From Octopus sinensis (Eukaryota): a stretch of 64,000 nucleotides of DNA. Each line of letters begins with the position of its first letter. Within the stretch, counting starts at the first letter, position 1. Below are positions 55,480-64,000 of this stretch, piece by piece. The notes under the pieces are model-generated. The model had not been told where the DNA came from. It worked only from the letters and a program-made list of their open reading frames with translations, and did no database searches. The position numbers were made by a program, and so were the translations under genes. Location: NCBI RefSeq assembly GCF_006345805.1, contig NC_043005.1, positions 19,406,001 through 19,470,000 on the forward strand, in the 5' to 3' direction.

Positions 55480-56082
55480 GTATATACACACACAAGCATA
55501 TTATCTGTATATATTTATATTACCATATATATATATATATACACATATGGCAATAAAACCATACAAAGTACATTTAACTCACCCTTAAGCAGTATTGCCC
55601 ACTTATGTGCATGTGTGTGTGTGTGTGTGTGTTTTGAGTGAGTTTCTGTATATTTAAGTATTGTTTGGTCTGGCTAGAAAATAACGCAGTAAAGAAGAGA
55701 TTTACTGAAATAATAATCTGTTATAAGAATCAGAAACAGCGTCACTTCCAGCACGTTCAAGTGTTTATCAATAAATCCTATAATACAGTGATAATATTAC
55801 CTGAAGCAATGTTTCATATTGTGTGAAAACGTCTACCATTAGCACCAACTAAATATAGAGAGAGCGGGAGAGAGCAACATAGCCAAGAAACCAAATTGTT
55901 TTACATAGATCTGTAACCTGCCGCCGCCAATTTCATGTTTTGATGTAGTTTAGATGGGTCATCTACTAATAAAGCTTCACACGTTGACTGAAATTCACTT
56001 CTTAATTGATTTAATGAAGTGTTTTATAAGAAATCTTTAACATTTTCTAAAGGTTACTTGCAACACATGTGCAGTTGTGTGC

Positions 56083-56113
<31 letters not shown>

Positions 56114-56293
56114 TGCGTGCATGTCTTATCCTTCACTTGTTTCAATCATTGGACTGTAATGTTGCTGAGCAACGTCTCCAAGGGATAGACGAATAAATCG
56201 ATTGCTTATTTTCAAACTAGGTACTGATTTTATCGGTTATTTTGCTGAAGAGCTGAGTAACAGGTGCAAACACGAGCAAAAATATATATACAT

Positions 56294-56382
<89 letters not shown>

Positions 56383-56407
56383 CAAGCAGACAGACAGACA
56401 GGCAGGC

Positions 56408-56472
<65 letters not shown>

Positions 56473-57755
56473 TCCCGTCACTGACACGTGTCCAGAGGTC
56501 TACTGCCTTTGTGACTACTACTTCCAACAAGTGAAGTCGGCTTTCTCTGTCCCTCTCAAGCCGTTTACAAAGCGTTCAAAATAATTTTTTCTTCGTTCAA
56601 GCTTAACAGCCCTTAATATTTGTGATACTGTTATTCTCCTTGTCCTGTCTTTTACTGTTTTTATTTGTATTGTCTTTACTGTCCTGTGTTTGTTACCACT
56701 TTTACCACTCCGGAAAAAAGTCTCAAATTTTATTTAATTTGCTTTGCGGGAAGGACTGTTTCCAAGAAGTCGTGTCTCGCCTTTACCTTCGAAACACGGA
56801 GTAGACTAAACAGAGGCGGCTGAAGAAGGGGAATTTTCCTTGTGTTGTATGTCTTGTACTCTGTTTTTTCGTTGCTTGAAAAAATGTCCGTTTCCTTGGT
56901 TTTGTTTTTATGTTTTCATTTCTCATTGTGTTCGACGTTTTTTTTTTTTTGGTGTCCTGTACCCATATATGCATGTATATATACATATAGATGTAGGTAC
57001 GTACATATATGTATGTATATATGCATATGTTTTATTTATTATTTTGTTATGATATAAATATACATATATACAAATATACGTATACGTAGATGCATATATG
57101 GAAATGGAAATTTCCGAAAAGACCAGTGGCGTTCTTTTTAAAAGCACAGTTAATCTCTGGAGAGAACAATGATCAGATGAAGAACCAACATATCTTCGAC
57201 GCTGGGAAAGGAACGGTGCCTAGTTTAGTAGGTACGAAAAAGAACTTCAAGCATAAAATAATGCTAATTCATTTCTAAGGAAAATTAAAGCAGCCCAGTT
57301 TTATGCACAAAGAAACATCAAAAATTAACAATTTCATCCACCAAAGGTTTTCAAAAACTAACACCAATTTCAGGTTCCTCACTCAATAAAATAAACCCAC
57401 TAAAAAGTTCTCAAACCGCTCTTCGCCAAGAAACTTTTAAAAATCGGATATTCTAATATACACAATGAAACAATAATTAATAGAGGAGAAACTATCCCAG
57501 ACATGAACAGTCTCTATCCAGACACACAAAGGATAATTATTCCAGAAAACTGGAGAAGAAATGGAATATATAAGCACTGACTTTGGAACACAATTGAAAG
57601 AAAAAATTTCGCAAGCGATAGTCTATATTATATTCTTCATGCTACTCAAAGCATGCCAGATTCAGTATAAAGAAATTCTAATTCAACTTAATGCATTCTG
57701 TATCCATTTTGAACTCCATCTCTTCTTCTATTCCTACACTTGTTTCGATTATATA

Positions 57756-57791
<36 letters not shown>

Positions 57792-57855
57792 TATATACAT
57801 ACATATACATAACAAGTATATATGTATGTGTGTGTTTACATAGATATATATAGAT

Positions 57856-57891
<36 letters not shown>

Positions 57892-58220
57892 TCTTTATAT
57901 ATATATATGACTTGGCTTCACTGCTTGACAGCTGGTGTTGGTTTGTTTATGTCTCCGTATCTTAACGGTTTGTCAAAAGCAACCGATAGAATAAGTAACA
58001 GGTTTTAAAACATAAGTATCAACCCCAGGACTTATTCTTTGTAAGCCTAGCGCTTATTATATCGGGTTTTGCCGAACCGCTAAGTTACGGGAACGTAAAA
58101 TCGATTACCAAGCGATTTTGGGTGGGAGCGGAGAAACACACCATGCAAACACAACACACACACACCACACACACACACCACATTATATTATATATATATT
58201 ATATATATATATATATATAA

Positions 58221-58257
<37 letters not shown>

Positions 58258-58258
<1 letters not shown>

Positions 58259-61200
58259 AAGGGTGAAAAGGAACACACGAGTTGATATATATGAAAAACA
58301 AGTAAAAAATAGAAATGCTAAAATAATTTTATAGTGAACATTTCAGTACCGGTTTCGGTCATTTTGAGACCTTTTCAACTGTAACGATTAAATAATTAAA
58401 TTTAGAAAAATTAGAAGAAAAGTTTTTTTAAAAGAATATTTCTATAGTAGTGTTCAGATTTAAGTGGCATTCTGCCTTTCTCTGACTCCCTTGTTTGCAC
58501 TTGTGTTTCGAGGTAGTTGTGAGCTCTTGGTAGGGTAGTAGAGAGAAGGCTGGTGAGGAAAGGGGGGTGGGAGAATCTGGGAGTGCCCTGATGGTCGTAT
58601 TTTGAATGGTCAGTGGCGGCTGGCAGTCTCAGTTCAATTCAGGAGAATTTTATATTGACAGGCTTCTTTATAGAATTAGCGTAGGTGTTATACTAAAAAA
58701 CATTAGTGACAAACTTAAGGGGTAGGGGGTGGAGAAGAAGAAGAAGAAGAAGAAGAAGAAGAAGGAGAAGGAGAAGGAGAAGATGACGATGATGGTGATG
58801 GTGGTGATGATTATGACGACGATGATGATGATAACGATGATGATGAAGAAGAAGAAGAAGAAGAAGGAGGAGAAGGAGAAGATGGTGGTGATGATGGTGG
58901 CGATGATGATGATGCCGATGATGATGATAACGATGATGATGAAGAAGAAGAGGAAGAAGAAGAAGAAGAAAAAACAGAGAAGGGAGAATATGAATGTAAA
59001 TATAGCTATGAAGGGGCTGATTAGTAATGGATTCTATTGAGTGTAGTATTTGTGTGTGTATATATATTTTTTTCTTTTATTCTAAAGTTGAGGTATATTA
59101 ATTGTTTGTCGTAGACCCGTTAAGAAGTGGCTTGTATTTTGTAATAAAGAGATTTTCTTTACTTATTCGTTGTCTCGTCCCTAAATTGGTAGAGGGGGAA
59201 AATTCTGAAGTTTGGTGTTTTTTTGTTGGCGCAAGTATCTATGTGTTGGCTAAAAGCTATTTTTCTGTTTTGGGGAATTTTTTATCTGGGATCTGTGCAG
59301 GGCCATTCGTTTACGCAAACCATTTTTTTGTTTGGCCTATGTACTGCTCTTGACACCCGGAGCAGGTTAGTGAGTATATTAGGTTCTCCGAAGCACATGT
59401 GAAGTTGCTTTTCACTGTAAAACGTTGTCCCTGTTTGAAGGAGAACTCAGAACCCTCGATTAGATAGTCGCATATCCCGCAATTGGGTCTTCCACATTTT
59501 TTTACTGTCGGCTTCTGTGTTGAAGAGTGAATTCGGGCTTGTGTAAGGAGACTTTTCATGGATCTAGGCTGTCTTTTGCTTTTTATGATCGTGTGTGTTT
59601 GGAGGATTGTGTTCATTCTGTGGTCTTTTTTTAGGAGGGGTATGTTGTGGAGGATGGTGTCGAAGGCTTCGTTATTGAGAGGGTTGTGTGTGGAGATGTA
59701 TGGTAAGGCTTTTGGTTGTAAGTTTTTCTTTGATTTGGGATGTCTCAGTTCCTTGATGTTAAGTTGAAGGGCACGTTGAATGCATTTGTCAATAAGTGAA
59801 GGTGGATAGTTCCTGGTGATTAGGGTATCTTTTAGTTCTTGTAGTCGTGTGTCTCTGGTGTTTGCGTTAGAGACTATAGTGCATATCCTTTTTGCTAGAT
59901 TGAAGGGGATATTCATCCTGGTGTGTCTGGGGTGGCATGAATTGAATGGAAGATATTGCTTAGAGTCTGTAGGCTTATAGTATATGTCTGTTTCTATTAT
60001 ATTATTAGCTTTCTTAATGAGGATATCGAGGAAGGGGAGTTGTTGTTGGCTATATTCCATCGTGAATTGGATGTTTACGTCCAGTCCGTTTAAAATTTTC
60101 TGGAATTCTATGAGTTTTTCTATATTTTTATGCCAAAGGATGAAACAGTCATCTAGATATCTCTTTCCAGTTGTTTTCTATGTAGATGGAAAGGGCTGCC
60201 ATATCTTTCTAGAACCTTACGATACAGACTGATCTCTAGGTATCCTATGACTAGGTTGGCAAAGGAGGGGGCCATTCGTGTACCCATCGCAGTCCCCGAT
60301 TTTTGTCGGTAGAAGTTGTCATTGAAGGCGAAGAAGTTATTTTCCAGGATGAATTTAACCCCTTCTATCACAAATTCTTTTTTGATGCGGTGTGGTAGTT
60401 CGTTGGCGTGATTCTCTAGCCAGAATTGGATTGCCTCTAGTCCTAGGTTGTGGGGGATATTGGAGTAGAGGTTGACTACATCGAAGGATACCAGTATGGA
60501 AAAATATATATACACACACAAATACTACACTCAAGAATCCATTACTAATCAGCCCCTTCATAGCTATTTTACATTCATATTCTCCCTTCTCTGTTTTTTT
60601 CTTCTCTTCTTCTTCCTCTTCCTTCTTCATCATCATCGTTTCACATCATCATCATCGGCATCATCATCATCGCCACCATCATCACCACCATCTTCTCCTT
60701 CTCCTCCTTCTTCTTCTTCTTCTTCTTCATCATCATCGTTATCATCATCATCGTCGTCATAATCATCACCACCATCACCATCATCGTCATCTTCTCCTTC
60801 TCCTTCTCCTTCTTCTTTCTCTCTTCTTCTTCTTCTTCTTCTCCACCCCCTACCCTTAAGTTTGTCACTAATGTTTTTTAGTATAACACCTACGCTAATT
60901 CTATAAAGAAGCCTGTCAATATAAATATTCTCCTGAATTGAACTGAGACTGCCAGCCGCCACTGACCATTCAAATACGACCATCAGGGCACTCCCAGATT
61001 CTCCCACCCCCCTTTCCTCACCAGCCTTCTCTCTACTACCCTACTAAGAGCTCACAACTACCTCGAACACACAAGTGCAAACAAGGGAGTCAGAGAAAGG
61101 CAGAATGCCACTTAAATCTGAACACTACTATAGAAATATTCTTTTAAAAAAACTTTTCTTCTAATTTTTCTAAATTTAATTATTTAATCGTTACAGTTGA

Positions 61201-61288
61201 AAAGGTCTCAAATGACCGAAACCGTACTGAAATGTTCACTATAAATTATTTTAGCATTTTCTATTTTTTACTTGTTTTTTCATATATA
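58258..61288 (-). mobile_element. 5'-truncated Penelope-like element with about 790-bp inverted pLTR/3' arms (58285-59074 / 60499-61288)
   Basis: PLE coding remnant between two reverse-complementary arms; (TA)n on both sides. Confidence 0.92.
59098..60497 (-). pseudogene. PLE RT C-half plus GIY-YIG endonuclease, two frameshifts
   Basis: SFDVVNLYSNIP, GTAMGTRMAPSFANL, RYLDD, LPFLD, YYKPTDS, SCHPRH, CGRPNCGIC, NLIYSLTCSGC.EQYIGQT, FITKYKPLLN. Confidence 0.92.
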
Positions 61289-61912
61289 TATATATATATA
61301 TAGGATGGGATTCTTTCAGTTTCTGTCTACCAAATCCACTCCCAAGGCTTTGGTCGACCCGAGGCTATAGTAGAAGACACTCGCCCAAGGTGCCACGCAG
61401 TGGGACTGAACCCGATACGATGTGGCTGGTAAGCAAGCTTCTAAGCTTCTTACCACTCAGCCACTCCTGTGCCTATACGCACTCACACACACACACACAC
61501 GCATATATATATATATATATATAAATGTATATGCATCTCATTAAAACTATGATTTAAATATGTTAAATCACACCCACATGCAGATGTATCACACGTACTC
61601 GCACGAGCGAGCTCGGCTCCACGCCCACACAACATTGCACCTACGCGTATTGGTTAGAATGACTTGTGTGCTTGTATGTATGTGTGCACGCACGTATTGT
61701 GAATGATTCTGTTGTCATGTGACAAAGTAGTTATCCATTCAGTATAGTTATCATTCACATGAATTCATTGCTGTTCGTTGTAAAGTGGGTTGGATTGAGC
61801 GAAAGAGTTAAAGAAGCATAGAATGGGTGATAGAATGAAGTAATTCTTGCACGGAAGAATGTATCTGTTGATGTGACTCTGTCGGTGCATATGCATTGTT
61901 TCGTAGTATTGC

Positions 61913-61962
<50 letters not shown>

Positions 61963-62033
61963 CCCCCAAAAGAAAAGCTCTACCTTGTAACTTGTCCCAT
62001 CTGTGTGCAGCCCTGTGTGGCCAATAAAGAAAC

Positions 62034-62083
<50 letters not shown>

Positions 62084-62090
62084 CTGTGTA

Positions 62091-62129
<39 letters not shown>

Positions 62130-62410
62130 TTATCTATATCTGTGTATATCTATCTATTTAGCAATCTTTCTTTCTCTCTCTCTCTTTATATATATACATC
62201 GAGAGAGGGAGAGAGAGGGGAGAGAGAGAGTGAGAGATAGAGAGAGAGAGAGAGAGAGATGAATGGATGAATGGTTGAACGGACGAATGGACAGACGGAT
62301 GAACGGACAGAATAGATGGATGAATATATATGATTATACCTGCATGCATGTTCAATAGCAGACAGACAGTTAACATATAAAATATGCGTGTGTATATTAA
62401 ATGTATCTAC

Positions 62411-62458
<48 letters not shown>

Positions 62459-62639
62459 GAGACTGACAGACAGACAGACGGACAGAGACAGACAGACAGA
62501 GACAGACAGAGACAGACAGACAGAGACAGACAGACAGACAGACACAGAAGTCTGTCCAAAATGAAACATTAAAAAGATTAACGGATTTATAGCTTCATTT
62601 ACAATTCAATCGGATATTTCTCCTGCCGAATAGTTCCTT

Positions 62640-63450
62640 CCTCTGTTAGTACACCGTTCCCCGTGGGTTTCTCACTACCATCTCCATTTTTGGAATGCTC
62701 CTTAGAACGCTTTTTTTATTGATAGGATGCAGCTCTTCTGAAATCAGTGACCGTTTCGAGAAAATATTGACGGCAATGGCCACGTCTGAAGGTTAGCATA
62801 ACTGGGAGACGACTGTTGTCTGGTGTTATCTCAGTGTATCATTTATAAGAAGTGAAGCATGAATATGAACACCGTCATGACGTCGCATCCAAATTTTGTA
62901 TAACCAAGCCTACCCCGCACAAACGCTACGGAGTATAAAATATAAAACAGTTTATGAACCGTTTGACCACGTAGAAACATTTTCATGAATGGGGCCCTTC
63001 CAATCCGGACAAAACAATCAACATCATCTTTACGTTTGAGCAACACTGACGCGCTTATTTTGGTTGTGTGAACGATTGACATATTTTTCAACATTATAGC
63101 CGTACCTCACAATTCTTTCCAGAAAGATTTCATAACATTCCAATGTTCTAACTGTTCTTGACTGATAGGAATCGTTTCTTTTTTCATTCATCTGTAAGCA
63201 GAGACAGCAAAGGTTTTGCGGCAACACGATGCATCTTTAATTTTTCTTCTAAAATCCCATTGTATACATTTTTCAAAAACCTACTTCTCAGGAAAATTTA
63301 CAGACTGACTGGTGGCCATTTTAACAGCTCACAGCGTTCATTTTTCATATCCATTGTAATGACATCAGTAGATGCGCTTCCCGCTTTCAAATGCTAGCGC
63401 CAGACATGACTTTCCGTGGGGCTGTTACAACATTAGAAAGTCTCCGTTAA
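62640..63450 (-). mobile_element. Highly decayed mariner transposase
   Basis: Hand translation gives KMHRVAAK..LLTDE and RQCCSNVKMMLI, with many stops. Confidence 0.55.
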
Positions 63451-64000
63451 AGTTTTTCCTAAATTAAAACAGAATTTCACTAAACAAGTCGGTCTTCCAA
63501 ATTATAACTTGCCTGATGCGAGGACAGTCAAAGCTCATGTGAGAACTCTCTGGTAGAGACCGCCTCGACTAAAAACATCAGCCTCTACTATGGCATTAAG
63601 TGCTCTTTCTTCAAACAGTCAACACATATCCCCACGCATATACACATACACACACGGACACACACATACATACACACACACATTACATATACATACACGC
63701 ATATACACATCACATACTTCAATCGACCATTCTCTTATGCACATATGTAGGTAGACACACAACGGGCAGCCACTCCGACCACAATACTTACTATAAATTC
63801 TTCCTATGACCTTAAACGATACTAAACCCAACCACACACAGATAAACAGCCACAACCACACACACACACGTGCTATCATTACACACACACATACCTGCGC
63901 GCACGCACATTCCCACACATACACATACCTCCTTCTCTTGCACTCTCCTGTCTTTGAAAGAACTTTTTCTTCACCCATTCCCTTCCGGTCATTTCAATAT

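Noticed and set aside
58729-59040. Acidic or basic low-complexity ORFs (poly-D/E/K), also at 60355-61007
   Set aside because: GAA/GAT repeats inside the non-coding PLE arms.

Overview
AT-rich, microsatellite-dense eukaryotic DNA with one 100-N gap. The tRNA-derived SINE set and the (AT)n/(ATT)n/(GATA)n load resemble an octopus genome (inference). I recognise no host protein-coding gene. Most supplied ORFs are microsatellite translations, and the meaningful ones are decayed transposon fragments: Penelope-like (PLE) RT/GIY-YIG, RTE, Dong/R4, CRE, CR1/Jockey/I LINEs, mariner and non-autonomous Helitrons. The main result comes from folding by hand. The window holds a family of minimal type I hammerhead ribozyme (HHR) motifs: stem I, CUGANGA, stem II, GAAA, (near-)palindromic stem III, NUH, stem I. 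I count 11 canonical-core copies in 7 unrelated sequence families, plus several degenerate ones. Two families form non-coding tandem arrays with one HHR per unit (about 482 bp at 13865-15882 and 545 bp at 50281-51903), like retrozymes or amplified PLE pseudo-LTRs. Almost all of these insertions share one architecture: two divergent arms whose HHR-sense 3' ends point outward into (TA)n tracts. A 5'-truncated PLE with the same architecture (58258-61288) is a candidate mobiliser type. Ribozyme activity, expression, circularisation and novelty are untested, and some coordinates were counted by hand.
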